Source: a bacterium | GTDB taxonomy: Bacteria; Patescibacteriota; Minisyncoccia; Phycocordibacterales; UBA2100 | Reading direction: 5' to 3' | Assembly (NCBI GenBank): GCA_021781955.1 | Contig: JAJXVV010000002.1 | Location: 10,730 to 74,729, forward strand | DNA: 64,000 nt | In this document: positions 9,976 to 20,076 of the stretch, piece by piece | Layout: each line of letters begins with the position of its first letter | Position numbering within the stretch: position 1 is the first letter of the stretch | Translations under genes and position numbers: made by a program | Notes under the pieces: model-generated | Told to the model about the DNA's origin: nothing | Database searches by the model: none | What the model saw: only the letters and a program-made list of their open reading frames with translations

Positions 9976-10602
9976 TCAATTGCCGAGGTTGGTCTTCAGG
10001 TTGCGTATCGAGGCGCCCGTCGTCACGAGGAACGTGCTCGTCGAGTTGCGCACCTCATCGAGCGGCACGAGGAGGCTCATCTGCACGTACGTCACGCTGT
10101 TGAGGTTGACCGGCTGCGCAAGCGGCGAGGACGTGCCCGCGTACGTTCCGCTGTAGTACTGGAAGACCTGGGTCGTCGTCGCGCTCAGGTTCTGCAGGAC
10201 CGGGGTCACCGCTTCGGTGGCGAGATTGTAGGCGCTGCCGCTCGGTTGCGTGATGCCCCGATACAGCGTCGTGCCGGAAACGAAGTAGCGGATGCGGACG
10301 ACTGAGGAGCCGTAACCGAAAGGGGAGAAGAAGATGATCTGCGAAGAGCTCGCCTGAATGACAGGGTATGAGCCGTCAACGCCGTACGACGCATCGCGTA
10401 AGGCATCGGTGAAGTCGCTCTCCGTTTTGCGCGCGGCGTCGAGCGCATTGATCGAGAGCGCCTGTTGGCCGGTATTCACGAGAAGCAGACGCAGGAGATC
10501 CGCCGCCGCGATGATCACGAGCCCGTAGACCGCGATGGTGACCAGCATTTCGATAAGGGTGAATCCGGCGATCCTTCCCATATTCGTTCTAGAGCGCGGC
10601 AT
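9976..10602 (-). CDS. Prepilin-type minor pilin (PilW-like)
   Basis: GFTLIEML N-terminal cleavage/methylation motif. Confidence 0.85.
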   Translation of the reverse strand: MPRSRTNMGRIAGFTLIEMLVTIAVYGLVIIAAADLLRLLLVNTGQQALSINALDAARKTESDFTDALRDASYGVDGSYPVIQASSSQIIFFSPFGYGSSVVRIRYFVSGTTLYRGITQPSGSAYNLATEAVTPVLQNLSATTTQVFQYYSGTYAGTSSPLAQPVNLNSVTYVQMSLLVPLDEVRNSTSTFLVTTGASIRNLKTNLGN

Positions 10603-10608
10603 ACGTCA

Positions 10609-12408
10609 TTATGGTGAAAGTTGCACTTGCAGTACATTGTAGCCGCTGATGTTGGCGTTGCCGATTGTCGAGGTCGCGTACCCGTTCATGCTTACCGTGA
10701 TCGTGTAGTTGCTGTTGGACTGCAAGCCGGCGAACATCGCCTGGCCGGGTGAAAAGCAGCCGGCGACGTAGTTGACCGAGACGTTGCTCAAGACCGGCGT
10801 GGTCGAGGTACTTTGCGTCGCGAGGAACGCCCGATAGCGCAGGTAGCGGTTGTTGTTGAGCGACGAAGGAACGGTCTGTCCAGGCGTCGAGAAGTACGTC
10901 GAGGCGGTGCCGTCGGGCCCCACGAAATTCCATGTCGCATCATCATTATTCGCGGCGAGTTGGAACATGAGCGTGGTCGAAGCGCTTTGCGATGGCGGCG
11001 ACCACGAGAGCGTCGTGTACGAGGTCGAGGCGGTGCCAGTGTCGAACGATGAGGACGTCAGCATGCCCGACGTCTGGTAGGATCCAAAGACATCGCGCAG
11101 GCGCACGCCGGTCGGCAAGGTCGAAACGTCGATATTGCCGTCATCGGAGTAGTACATGGATGCCGTGGACGAGGAGAAGTCGTTCGAACCGGGTCCGCCG
11201 GACCAGTCGTCTTGGTAGAGCGTGCTGCCCGCCGTGTATTTGGTGGCATCGTAGCTCAGCCCCGCGTTGGAGAGTTCGACCGCTGCTCCTTCGATCGGGT
11301 TGCCGGTCGTCGCGTCTTTCACGATGACGAGCAAGCTATTCGCGGTCCTCGGACCGAGGATTAAAGTCGAGGCAAGTGACGTGTTCGGGAAGACGGTGAT
11401 CTGTTGAATGGGTGAAGATCCATAGATCATATAGCTCGACGATGTGATCGATGGCGTGTACGTATCCCACTCGAGCGGGTTGAGTACGATCTGTCCCGCG
11501 CCGTTCGTGGTGAATGTGGAGTCGTACTTGAGTATGTTTGGCGAGGTCCCGATGAGTTTCGTGCCGGTGATCTCGATACCGATCCCGCTCAACGGCTGGC
11601 AGGTCTGATCGAGCCCGTTGATGGTGAGACTGCTGTTTTTGTCGATGGAAAAACTGACTTGCGTGACCTGACCATTGCTGATAGTGGCGTCTGGCTTCAC
11701 AGGGTTTGGATTCTGCGCGGTGATGGGATAGGTCTGGTCGCTCGAGTAGCCGCTCTTCGTCGCGACGATGTGGTAACTGTTGGCGCTATTGGGTAATCCG
11801 ACCTCGACCCAGTCGCCATTACTATCGGTCGTACGGGTGAGGTTGATGGCGGGAGTGGTGGAACCGTTCGTGATCGCCACGGTCGCGTTCGGGACGGGGT
11901 CACCGACCGAATCGATTACCTGTATCGAGAGTGCCCCCCCGCTCGCAAGCCCCTCGAGTCCTTTCGGCACGATCGAGGTGACGAACGGTACGATAGTGCC
12001 GCTCGCCATGTTCTTTACGTAGATCTTGACCTGCTTGTAGTCGTTGGGTGCGGGATCGGTGCCCGCGAGCGCGGTGCCGTCCGCCGGATCGTCGACGTAG
12101 TTTACGACGTAGTAGATCTCATAGGGAATGCCTCCGAAGGTCGTCTGGAGCGCATTAGGCTGGTCGGGAAGGACGCCGGACGGATTGCCGTTCACCGTGC
12201 CGACCTCGGAGTAGGGAAGGTTGCGCACGAGCTCAAGGTAACGGTCTGCGAGCGCCGCGACCACGCTCTGGTCGCGGTACGCGCTTACCCCGCGAAGATC
12301 CGCCTGCACGACATCGAAGATCGCCATCGCGACCATCGTGAAGACGCTGATCGACACGATGACATCGATCAGGGTGAACCCCGTGGTCCGTATACGCGCG
12401 TGTCCCAT
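10609..12408 (-). CDS. Large prepilin-type protein with carboxypeptidase-regulatory-like beta domains
   Basis: GFTLID motif (Asp at +5); repeated V.D..G.P..GA.V.I modules. Confidence 0.8.
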   Translation of the reverse strand: MGHARIRTTGFTLIDVIVSISVFTMVAMAIFDVVQADLRGVSAYRDQSVVAALADRYLELVRNLPYSEVGTVNGNPSGVLPDQPNALQTTFGGIPYEIYYVVNYVDDPADGTALAGTDPAPNDYKQVKIYVKNMASGTIVPFVTSIVPKGLEGLASGGALSIQVIDSVGDPVPNATVAITNGSTTPAINLTRTTDSNGDWVEVGLPNSANSYHIVATKSGYSSDQTYPITAQNPNPVKPDATISNGQVTQVSFSIDKNSSLTINGLDQTCQPLSGIGIEITGTKLIGTSPNILKYDSTFTTNGAGQIVLNPLEWDTYTPSITSSSYMIYGSSPIQQITVFPNTSLASTLILGPRTANSLLVIVKDATTGNPIEGAAVELSNAGLSYDATKYTAGSTLYQDDWSGGPGSNDFSSSTASMYYSDDGNIDVSTLPTGVRLRDVFGSYQTSGMLTSSSFDTGTASTSYTTLSWSPPSQSASTTLMFQLAANNDDATWNFVGPDGTASTYFSTPGQTVPSSLNNNRYLRYRAFLATQSTSTTPVLSNVSVNYVAGCFSPGQAMFAGLQSNSNYTITVSMNGYATSTIGNANISGYNVLQVQLSP

Positions 12409-12504
12409 GGTACGCAATACCGATTTTAGCATTGATATCCGCACGCCCGAACGCGATACGCCGTCGCTATCGTATAAGCGCGCAGGAGCGCACGCTGATT
12501 CCTT

Positions 12505-12530
12505 GTAAGTATCTTAAGCGGCGTCCGTCT
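12505..12530 (+). promoter_or_regulatory. Putative ECF-dependent promoter GTAAG-N16-CGTCT
   Basis: Identical boxes and spacing to the motif upstream of the sigma gene. Confidence 0.5.
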
Positions 12531-12611
12531 TCCATGGTATGCTGATTGAGGTCTTGGGTCATCATGCTCGCAGACCATCGCGTCGGCATCTTATTAGTAA
12601 TTTCGTATCGT

Positions 12612-13751
12612 ATGAAATACCAATTAATCAATGTATCCGCTGCGCTCTTGCTCCTCGCCGCATCGGCGGGGGTGGCAAGCGCCGACACCTTGGCCGTGTC
12701 GTGTACCGGAGCGGCGTCCGGTTCTACTGTCACGTGGACGGCCACGAGCACCGGCGGCGTCGCGCCGGTCTCGTTCCTCTGGAGCGACGGCAGCACCTCG
12801 ATGATTGACGTCAAAACCTACGCGCCCGGGACGTACGCGACGACCATTCAGGGCACCGATGCGTCATCTTCGGTCGCGACGAGCGTCTGCTCGGCTACGA
12901 TCGCGCAGCCGCTGCCCTCGATTTCGTCGTTTATCGGGACGCCTTCTGCCATCGCGGCGGGGCAGAGCTCCGTTCTTTCTTGGGCAGTAAGTAATGCGAG
13001 CTCGACCTCGCTCGATCAGGGGATCGGAGCGATAACGAGCACCTCGATCACGGTCACTCCGAGCGTGACGACCACGTACACGCTCTCGGCAATCAATCCT
13101 CAGGGTACCGCGACCGCTACCGCGACCGTCATAGTCAATGCGACCGGCTCGACCGTGCAGCAGCAGATACAAGCGCTCATGGCCCAGATACGCGCACTGC
13201 AGCAGCAGATCGCACAGCTCATCTCGGGCGCGGCAGCAAGCAGTACTTCCTCCGCGACGACGCCGCCAATCGGCTTCGTTCCGCCGGGCCAGGTCGGCAA
13301 TGCGGCCTGCATGACCTTCTCGCGCGACCTCGGTGAGGGCTCGCGCGGCGAAGACGTGACGCAGCTCCAGCAGATGCTCGCGGGCGATCCCTCGCTCGGA
13401 TTCAGCGTGAACCCGACGGGCTACTTCGGCCAGCTCACGTCCCGCGCGCTCGCGCGTTTCCAGGAACAGGAAGGTATTGCCTCGTCCACCTCAGGCGGCA
13501 CGGTCGGCCCGCTGACCCGCGGCTTCTTCGAGCGCCGCTGCGGCGGCGAGGGCCTTACCGGCGGCACCGGCATACAGCAACAGGTGCCAGAACAGCAGCA
13601 GGAACAGGAACAAAACGGCTCCGCGCTATCCTCTTCTTCATCCGCAACAGCCGCATCCTCATCGGCAGAGGGGCTGTTCCACGGCTGGCTCAATCCGTTC
13701 AACCCGAATGGCAGTGACAACGGTAATGGCAATGGCCACGGCGACAATTAG
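12612..13751 (+). CDS. Secreted protein with Ig-like and peptidoglycan-binding domains
   Basis: Signal peptide; RDLGEGSRGEDVTQLQQML...TGYFGQLT...FQ...G.VGPLTR. Confidence 0.8.
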   Translation: MKYQLINVSAALLLLAASAGVASADTLAVSCTGAASGSTVTWTATSTGGVAPVSFLWSDGSTSMIDVKTYAPGTYATTIQGTDASSSVATSVCSATIAQPLPSISSFIGTPSAIAAGQSSVLSWAVSNASSTSLDQGIGAITSTSITVTPSVTTTYTLSAINPQGTATATATVIVNATGSTVQQQIQALMAQIRALQQQIAQLISGAAASSTSSATTPPIGFVPPGQVGNAACMTFSRDLGEGSRGEDVTQLQQMLAGDPSLGFSVNPTGYFGQLTSRALARFQEQEGIASSTSGGTVGPLTRGFFERRCGGEGLTGGTGIQQQVPEQQQEQEQNGSALSSSSSATAASSSAEGLFHGWLNPFNPNGSDNGNGNGHGDN

Positions 13752-13778
13752 CGCGTCGGCGCCTCATCCGTGTGAACC

Positions 13779-13810
13779 GAACACGCCCGAGCTTTCGCTC
13801 GGGCGTGTTC
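13779..13810 (+). terminator. Hairpin terminator
   Basis: 14-bp perfect stem GAACACGCCCGAGC-TTTC-GCTCGGGCGTGTTC. Confidence 0.7.
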
Positions 13811-13863
13811 TTGTGATGCAGTTCCTGGCCATGTCGATAACCATAGCTTGAGTTCACGAAAGG

Positions 13864-13883
13864 AAAAGGGGGCGCACGCCCCC
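13864..13883 (-). terminator. Intrinsic terminator
   Basis: GGGGGCG-TG-CGCCCCC followed by TTTT on the minus strand. Confidence 0.55.
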
Positions 13884-13889
13884 CCAGCT

Positions 13890-14234
13890 TCACTGATCTT
13901 CGAGGTATACGCGCCCTTCAAAGCCGCCGCGCTCTTTGCGCTTGAGCTTTATTCGCGCACGGACGTTCGATGCTCGGATGCCGAGTGTGGCGCGCAACGC
14001 CGCGAGGATCTCCTCGACGTCGGCAAGCTCGTCAATGACCTTCTCGACCCTGGAAACGGTCGACCCACCAGCAAGCCCTGCCAATGCAACATGCAGCTCG
14101 CTCGATTCTTCGACAAGTTTGCGTCCAAGCTCGGAACGGTAGTCGACATCGTTGACGAGTATGCGCGTTCGCGGCGCGCGCCCTCCGTCGCGCTTGATCC
14201 TCTCGGGAATCCTATCTCGCACCAGCTTACCCAT
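13890..14234 (-). CDS. MazG-like/PRA-PH-like nucleotide pyrophosphohydrolase
   Basis: KLVRDRIPE, KLVEE..E, DELADV.E, KRKERGGF motifs; GGAG before the ATG. Confidence 0.8.
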   Translation of the reverse strand: MGKLVRDRIPERIKRDGGRAPRTRILVNDVDYRSELGRKLVEESSELHVALAGLAGGSTVSRVEKVIDELADVEEILAALRATLGIRASNVRARIKLKRKERGGFEGRVYLEDQ

Positions 14235-14422
14235 CCGGACCTCTCCTCTTAGACTCGCCACGGGTGTGGCCCGAGGCGAGTATAGACCAACTCGGCTAAA
14301 GCTGCACCTTCACCGGGTCCTTGGCAGTGGGCCACGCGGGTTACGCGCCCGCTGACATCAAGCAGCGCGAGGGTTTCCGAGCGACTTGGCGACTCGCGGG
14401 TTTGCGTATTGTCGGCCGGGAA

Positions 14423-14965
14423 TTAGAAATCAAACTCGTGTGTTACAGCATTGTCGGTATCCCATGCTGTTTTCTGCGGGTAGAGCGCATGCATCGCATT
14501 GATGATGCCGCCATGTGCAGTGACGACGATGATCTTGTCTTTGTGTTCTCGAAATAATGAATCGACGAAAGTCTTCACGCGATTTTTCACTTGCTCACCC
14601 GATTCGCCCCCATAGGGCGTGTAATCGTAAGTGCATTCAAGGTCATGTTGGGAAAAGAGCGGATCGCCCGTTATGCGCGTAGCTTCTTCCCACGTGTGAG
14701 TGGAAAGTGAGCCGTTACTGCACTCTTTGACCTCGTCGCGAAATTCAATCGGAAGATGTAACTTCTCATTGATGATTGCGGCGGTTTCCGCAGCACGCTT
14801 GAGCGGCGAAGAAATGATGCTATCGATATGCATCGTTAATCTTTCACGCGCGGTCCTTACCTGCTCCTCGCCACGTTCCGTAAGTGGCGAGTCTATTTCC
14901 TGCCCGGCCAGTATACCTGCCGCGTTCGCTTCACTTTGGCCATGCCGAACAAAGATGAGTTTCAT
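14423..14965 (-). CDS. Histidine phosphatase (phosphoglycerate mutase family)
   Basis: VRHGQS, SSPLKRA.ETA, GGES, AHGG. Confidence 0.9.
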   Translation of the reverse strand: MKLIFVRHGQSEANAAGILAGQEIDSPLTERGEEQVRTARERLTMHIDSIISSPLKRAAETAAIINEKLHLPIEFRDEVKECSNGSLSTHTWEEATRITGDPLFSQHDLECTYDYTPYGGESGEQVKNRVKTFVDSLFREHKDKIIVVTAHGGIINAMHALYPQKTAWDTDNAVTHEFDF

Positions 14966-15141
14966 GTGGCGATTGTAGCTCATTACCGGATTTAAGGTAG
15001 TCGGGTCTTGTCCGATACTGCGAACCACTTGGCGGAGGCGGAGGGACCCTAACGACTCGGGTCGTACTTTCGCCATGGCTTAAAATCTAACAATTCTGGT
15101 TTCCGCTAGAAAAGTTCGAATCTCGGCGGGGTTACGTACCC

Positions 15142-15723
15142 TCAGCCAGCGATCGCCGCAATGATCTCGTTTGTCTTCCGCACCCTGCCCATCCGCGGGA
15201 ATATTTTTCCGATGGCGAACGCATGATCCGATGCGTCTTGCGAAGCGCACGCGTCTTCCGCGAAAATCTGGTTGTATCCGTATTCATACGCGAAGCGCGC
15301 CGTGCTCTCAACGCCGATATTAGTAGAGATGCCGCACAGGACGATCGTGTCGATGCCGCGCCGCCGCAGTTGCAGGTCGAGTTCGGTACCATAGAAAGCG
15401 CCCCACTGGTGCTTGGTGATAACAAAATCGGTCGGCTCCGGCCCAAGTTCAGGCACGACGGTCGCCCAATCCTCGGGCATGTCGCGCATCTGCATTGACG
15501 CGTCGGTGATCGGGTGCAGCGCGTCCTTCTTGTCAGGCGAGGGCGTCACGCGCACGAGAAAAACAGGCATGCCGTTCTTTCGGAACGTCTGTGCGAGTGT
15601 TGCCGCGTTTTCGATGACATCAGCAGCTGAGCTTGGCGCCGTCTGCATCGCCGCGATGCCTTTTTGCAAGTCTATGATGACGAGCGCTGTTTTTAATGTA
15701 TCGATTGAGAGCAATTCAGTCAT
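15142..15723 (-). CDS. Isochorismatase family hydrolase (YecD-like)
   Basis: IDLQKG, KHQWGAFYGT.L...LRRRGI, GISTNIGVESTAR. Confidence 0.88.
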   Translation of the reverse strand: MTELLSIDTLKTALVIIDLQKGIAAMQTAPSSAADVIENAATLAQTFRKNGMPVFLVRVTPSPDKKDALHPITDASMQMRDMPEDWATVVPELGPEPTDFVITKHQWGAFYGTELDLQLRRRGIDTIVLCGISTNIGVESTARFAYEYGYNQIFAEDACASQDASDHAFAIGKIFPRMGRVRKTNEIIAAIAG

Positions 15724-15735
15724 ATCCGGATAGTA

Positions 15736-15975
15736 CTACATCCCCACCTTCGAGTACATGTATGCGCTCAACAGCGAGATGACGAGCGTCGTCACGAAAA
15801 GAACCGAGAGATCGAGAGTTATCCCGGCGCCCGTGCCGGCGATCAGCGCCGCCCGCACGCCGTCGACCATGGAGTTGAGCGGATTGATCGTGGCGACGAA
15901 CTGAAGCAAGCCGGGCATGATCGAGATCGGATATATGGCGCTCGAGGCGAAGAAGAGCGGCAGCGTGATGACCTG
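15736..15975 (-). pseudogene. 3' fragment of an ABC-2 transporter permease
   Basis: QVITLPLFFASSAIYPISIMP..LQ.VA.INPL...VDGVR; N-terminal part missing. Confidence 0.7.
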
Positions 15976-15987
15976 CCCAATACGGCA

Positions 15988-16749
15988 GTGTTCAGTAAGT
16001 GTTTGGCCACAGCATATGAGTGGCTAAAGCTCACGGGTACGCCGCCTAAGGTGATGTGGCTCAAATGCCCGCCACCCCGTACGGACTTTCTTTCTCCTGA
16101 CGAATGCGCACTCTTGCTCTCCAAAGCGGATAGCACAATCAGAGAAATGATCCTGACCGCATTGCGCACTGGTATGCGACACGGTGAGCTTACGGGTCTT
16201 CAGTGGAGCTCGATCGATTGGGAGAATCGAAACATTACGGTTCGACACTCCCGCTGTGACCGTACTGGCACGCTAGACACGCCAAAGAGCAACCGCGAGC
16301 GGCATATCCCGATGGATGCCGACGTGTACGAAATGCTGTTCAAAAGGCGGCGCAGTACCGGCTACGTGTTCCTCGATAGAAACGGCACGAAACCGTTCAC
16401 GAGCTCTCGAATGATTCGAGAACTGCGGGAAGTGCGCTACCGAGCGGGTCTAAGGCCTCTAGGATGGCATACGCTACGCCATACGTTCGCTTCGCACTTG
16501 GCGATGCGCGGGACGCCGCTGCACGCCGTACAGGCGCTTCTAGGGCACTCTACGATCTCTACGACGATGCGATACGCGCACGTAGCGCCTTCGACGCTTC
16601 GAACAGCAATCGACATGCTGAATCCAAAATCAGCCCTCAAAGCTGATTTTGGGCAGCCGGTGGGCAACCAGTGGCAAGCGACACTGCAAGAACAAAACGC
16701 TCAAGAAATCTCTGTGTCGCAAAAGACAAGAGTACAAGCCAAAGAATGA
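15988..16749 (+). pseudogene. Tyrosine integrase, 5'-truncated (catalytic domain retained)
   Basis: TGMRHGE, TPKS, HTLRH, LLGH, TMRY; ends 36 bp from the tRNA-Ser 3' end; N-terminal domains absent. Confidence 0.75.
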
Positions 16750-16784
16750 AGCGCGATGTTTATGTGTTCATCAAAAACTCTTTG

Positions 16785-16871
16785 CGGAGAGGGAGGGATT
16801 CGAACCCTCGGAACGGTTTCCCGTTCAACACATTAGCAGTGTGCTCCATTCGACCGCTCTGGCACCTCTCC
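16785..16871 (-). tRNA. tRNA-Ser(GCT)
   Basis: GGAGAGG/CCTCTCC acceptor, CT-GCT-AA loop, long variable arm, GTTCGAATC. Confidence 0.95.
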
Positions 16872-17004
16872 AATTTCTGCGGTGTCGATGCAGTATACCG
16901 ATACTTGAGCACTTGCGCGAGCGTATGAAAGTTATGCACACTTGCCGCGCGCGGGCGGTTCCGTCCCGCAAAAGTTGGTATGCTACCGGTACAGCCCATC
17001 AGAA

Positions 17005-17886
17005 ATGAACACCGACACGACGCTGCTCGAACGGACGAAAGACAAGCGGCCGCTTCTCGAAGGCTTGAGCGCTGACGCACGCAGAACGTCGCGGCCTTCC
17101 ATACTCATGTGCGCGCCGGAGCACTACGATATCGAGTACGAAATCAACCCCTGGATGCACGAAGAGAACCCCGTCATCCCGAATCTGGCGGCAGCGCAGT
17201 GGAGCGACCTGCGCGGTATCTATATGCAACGGCTCGGCTGGGACGTGCGGCTGGTGGAACCGGTGGCCGGGCTACCGGACATGGTGTTCACCGCTAACGG
17301 CGGCTTCGTGCTCGGCGACAAGGTGATGCTGCCGCATTTCCGGCATCCCGATCGGCAGGGTGAGACCGCACGCTTCGAAGCGTGGTACAAAAGCGCGGGG
17401 TATCGGGAGATCGTCATGCCCAAATACGACAACGAAGGGGAAGGCGACGTGCTCCTGTGGAACGACGTGCTCTTCGCCGGCTACCCATGGCGCTCCGACA
17501 GGGCTTCGCACAAAGAGCTCGCGGAGTTCTTCGGTTTGCGCGTCGTGAGCCTGCAGCTCATCGACGCGCGCTTCTATCACCTCGACACCGCCTTTACCGT
17601 CATCGATAGCTCGACCGTCGCGCTCTATCCGAAAGCGTTCACCGAAGAGAGCATTGCCGCGGTGCGCAAGCTCGTGCCCACGGTCATCGAGGCGACCGAC
17701 GACGACGCGCTCGCGTACGGATTGAACGCGATGAGCGACGGTGGCACCATCGTCATGCCTTCGGGCGCGGCGCACTTGGCAGGAGAATATCGCGCACGCG
17801 GGCTCAGCGTCATCGAAACATCCATCAGCGAGTACCAGAAAGCGGGCGGCGGCGTGAAGTGCCTCACGCTCGTGCTGCACGAATGA
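17005..17886 (+). CDS. Amidinotransferase/dimethylarginine dimethylaminohydrolase-like protein
   Basis: INPWM, LPDMVFTAN, EGEGD, FYHLDT, GGGVKCLT. Confidence 0.85.
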   Translation: MNTDTTLLERTKDKRPLLEGLSADARRTSRPSILMCAPEHYDIEYEINPWMHEENPVIPNLAAAQWSDLRGIYMQRLGWDVRLVEPVAGLPDMVFTANGGFVLGDKVMLPHFRHPDRQGETARFEAWYKSAGYREIVMPKYDNEGEGDVLLWNDVLFAGYPWRSDRASHKELAEFFGLRVVSLQLIDARFYHLDTAFTVIDSSTVALYPKAFTEESIAAVRKLVPTVIEATDDDALAYGLNAMSDGGTIVMPSGAAHLAGEYRARGLSVIETSISEYQKAGGGVKCLTLVLHE

Positions 17887-17888
17887 GT

Positions 17889-18551
17889 TCAGGCTCTCGC
17901 GAGCGCCAAAAGCGTAACCTCGGCGCCCGCACGGCACAGCGGCGCGGCGGCGTGCACGAGCGTAGCGCCGGTCGTCGTGACGTCGTCGATGAGGAAGACG
18001 CGCGTATGCGCGACGAGCTGCTCGTCCCCGACCTCGAACGCGCCAGCCACGTTACGCAACCGCTCGTTGCGATGCAGCCGCGTTTGCGGGCGCGTCGCTT
18101 TGGTGCGTACCAGTGCGCCTGGCGCAAGCGCGGAAAGCGTGCCGTCGCGCATCTCGGCGGGAAGCGTGCGCAGCACGAGCTCGATCTGATTGAAACCGCG
18201 CTCCCGGGCGCGGCTCTTATGGAGCGGTATTGGTACGAGCAAGATCTTCTTTGCGGAAAAGCGATGCACATTCGCGAGCTCCTCGCGTAGGTAGTCGGCG
18301 AGCGCCTGCGCGGCGAGTCGTGCGGCCGCTGCGGAGCCGTCATACTTGAGCGCGCGGATGAGATCTCGCGCCGCTTCGTCGCGATAGTTGAAAAGCGTCG
18401 TGATGCGCGTGCCGAGGAGCTCGTGCGCGACGGGGGAGAGCGGGAGATTCTCGGCGCTTCGCGCACGCGTGCGCGAAGCGCGCGGCGAAAGCGGCGCCAC
18501 TGCGTCCAAAAGCGCCTCGCATGCTCGGCGCGCTATCTCCATGACCCCCAT
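17889..18551 (-). CDS. comF: ComF family competence protein (PRTase fold)
   Basis: PIPLH..R..ERGFNQ, R..NV.GAF, LIDDVTTTGAT. Confidence 0.88.
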   Translation of the reverse strand: MGVMEIARRACEALLDAVAPLSPRASRTRARSAENLPLSPVAHELLGTRITTLFNYRDEAARDLIRALKYDGSAAAARLAAQALADYLREELANVHRFSAKKILLVPIPLHKSRARERGFNQIELVLRTLPAEMRDGTLSALAPGALVRTKATRPQTRLHRNERLRNVAGAFEVGDEQLVAHTRVFLIDDVTTTGATLVHAAAPLCRAGAEVTLLALARA

Positions 18552-18585
18552 TCACGCCATTGTATCTCGGTGGTACACTCCCGAC

Positions 18586-18912
18586 ATGCAATTGGCAGAG
18601 AAAAAGTGCGTGGCGTGCGAAGGCGGTATCCCGCCGCTCTCCCGCTCGCAAGCGGAGCCTCTTATGAAAGAGTTGCAGGGCTGGACCTTGAGCGGCGATA
18701 CGCGCTGGATATCGAAGGAATTCAAGTTCGCCGACTTCGCGGGCGCGATGAAGTTCGCCGATGCCGTCGCTTCCATCGCGGAAGCGGAGCAGCACCATCC
18801 CGATCTCCAGATCTCGTGGGGCAAGACGGTCGTTGAGCTCACGACGCACGCGCTCAAGGGGCTCTCCGAGAACGATTTCATCATAGCGGCGAAGGTCGAT
18901 AAGATAGCGTGA
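18586..18912 (+). CDS. Pterin-4-alpha-carbinolamine dehydratase
   Basis: AE.EQHHPD, LTTH..KGLSENDFI.AAK. Confidence 0.9.
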   Translation: MQLAEKKCVACEGGIPPLSRSQAEPLMKELQGWTLSGDTRWISKEFKFADFAGAMKFADAVASIAEAEQHHPDLQISWGKTVVELTTHALKGLSENDFIIAAKVDKIA

Positions 18913-18924
18913 TACAATTCAGCG

Positions 18925-20070
18925 ATGGCCTTCTCGCTCGGAGGTTTGTTCAAGGGCATCAAGTTCGGCGGCTCGGGCGAGTCGAGTATTCTCGGCATCG
19001 ACATCGGCTCTTCGAGCGCCAAAGTGGTGCAGTTGCGCGCGTCGAAAGGCGCGGCAATACTCGAAACCTACGGCGAGATCGCGCTCGGTCCCTACGGCAA
19101 TCAATCGATCGGCAAGGTCGTGAAGCTCTCGCCCGAGAAGATCGCCGAGGCGATCAAGGACGTCATGCGCGAGGCGAACGTCACTGCGCGCGTCGGCGGG
19201 CTCTCGATACCGTTCTCTTCGAGCCTCGTTACGGTCGTCGATCTGCCCAATGTGAACCAGGAGCAGCTCAAACGCATGATCCCCATCGAGGCGCGCAAGT
19301 ACATTCCGCTCCCCATTAACGAGGTAACGCTCGATTGGTTCCAAATCCCGCGCGAGGAAGGGCAGCAGAGCGCGTTCGATCGCGTCAACAAAGAGACGAC
19401 ACTGCAGGCGAAGGGGCAGGAGGTGCTTTTGGTCGCGATACACAACGTCATCCTGCGCACCTACCAGACGATATCGGCCGCGCTCGGCCTCACGATCCAG
19501 TTCTACGAGATCGAGATTTTCGGCGCGGTGCGTTCGTCGGTCGGGCACGGCATCGCGCCGGTCGTCGTCGTCGACATCGGCGCAGCGACCTCAAAAGTCT
19601 ACGTCGTCGAGCGCGGCATCATCCGCTACTCGCACCTGGTCTCGATCGGCGGGCAGCATATGACGGAGACGCTGGCCCGCTCGATGGGGTGGGAGTTCGA
19701 TAAGGCGGAGCGCATCAAGCGCGAGCACGGGCTTCTCGCCTCCAATGCGTACTCGCCCGACGAGAACGACCGCATCAAAACGGCACTGCTATCCACACTC
19801 TCGCGCGTGTTCTCTGAGGTAAATCGGGTACTATTGAGCTACGGTCAGCGATACAATAAGAACGTATCGCGCGTAGTCTTGACGGGTGGCGGAGCATCGC
19901 TTCCCGGACTTGCGGAGGCGGCGGCACAATCGCTCTCGGCGGAGGTAGAGGTGGCTCGGCCGTTCGCACATACGCAGGCCCCGGCTTTCCTCGAGAATGT
20001 CTTGCGAGAGATCGGCCCAGGTTTTTCGGTCGCTCTCGGGGTCGCGCTTCGCAAGCTCAAGAACGGTTAA
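18925..20070 (+). CDS. pilM: Type IV pilus assembly protein PilM
   Basis: GIDIGSSS.K, VDIGA, LTGGGA; actin-like fold motifs. Confidence 0.9.
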   Translation: MAFSLGGLFKGIKFGGSGESSILGIDIGSSSAKVVQLRASKGAAILETYGEIALGPYGNQSIGKVVKLSPEKIAEAIKDVMREANVTARVGGLSIPFSSSLVTVVDLPNVNQEQLKRMIPIEARKYIPLPINEVTLDWFQIPREEGQQSAFDRVNKETTLQAKGQEVLLVAIHNVILRTYQTISAALGLTIQFYEIEIFGAVRSSVGHGIAPVVVVDIGAATSKVYVVERGIIRYSHLVSIGGQHMTETLARSMGWEFDKAERIKREHGLLASNAYSPDENDRIKTALLSTLSRVFSEVNRVLLSYGQRYNKNVSRVVLTGGGASLPGLAEAAAQSLSAEVEVARPFAHTQAPAFLENVLREIGPGFSVALGVALRKLKNG

Positions 20071-20076
20071 TGTGAT

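Noticed and set aside
15114-15135. GTTCGAATCTCGGCGGGGTTAC as a tRNA
   Set aside because: Only a T-loop-like fragment; no cloverleaf can be built upstream
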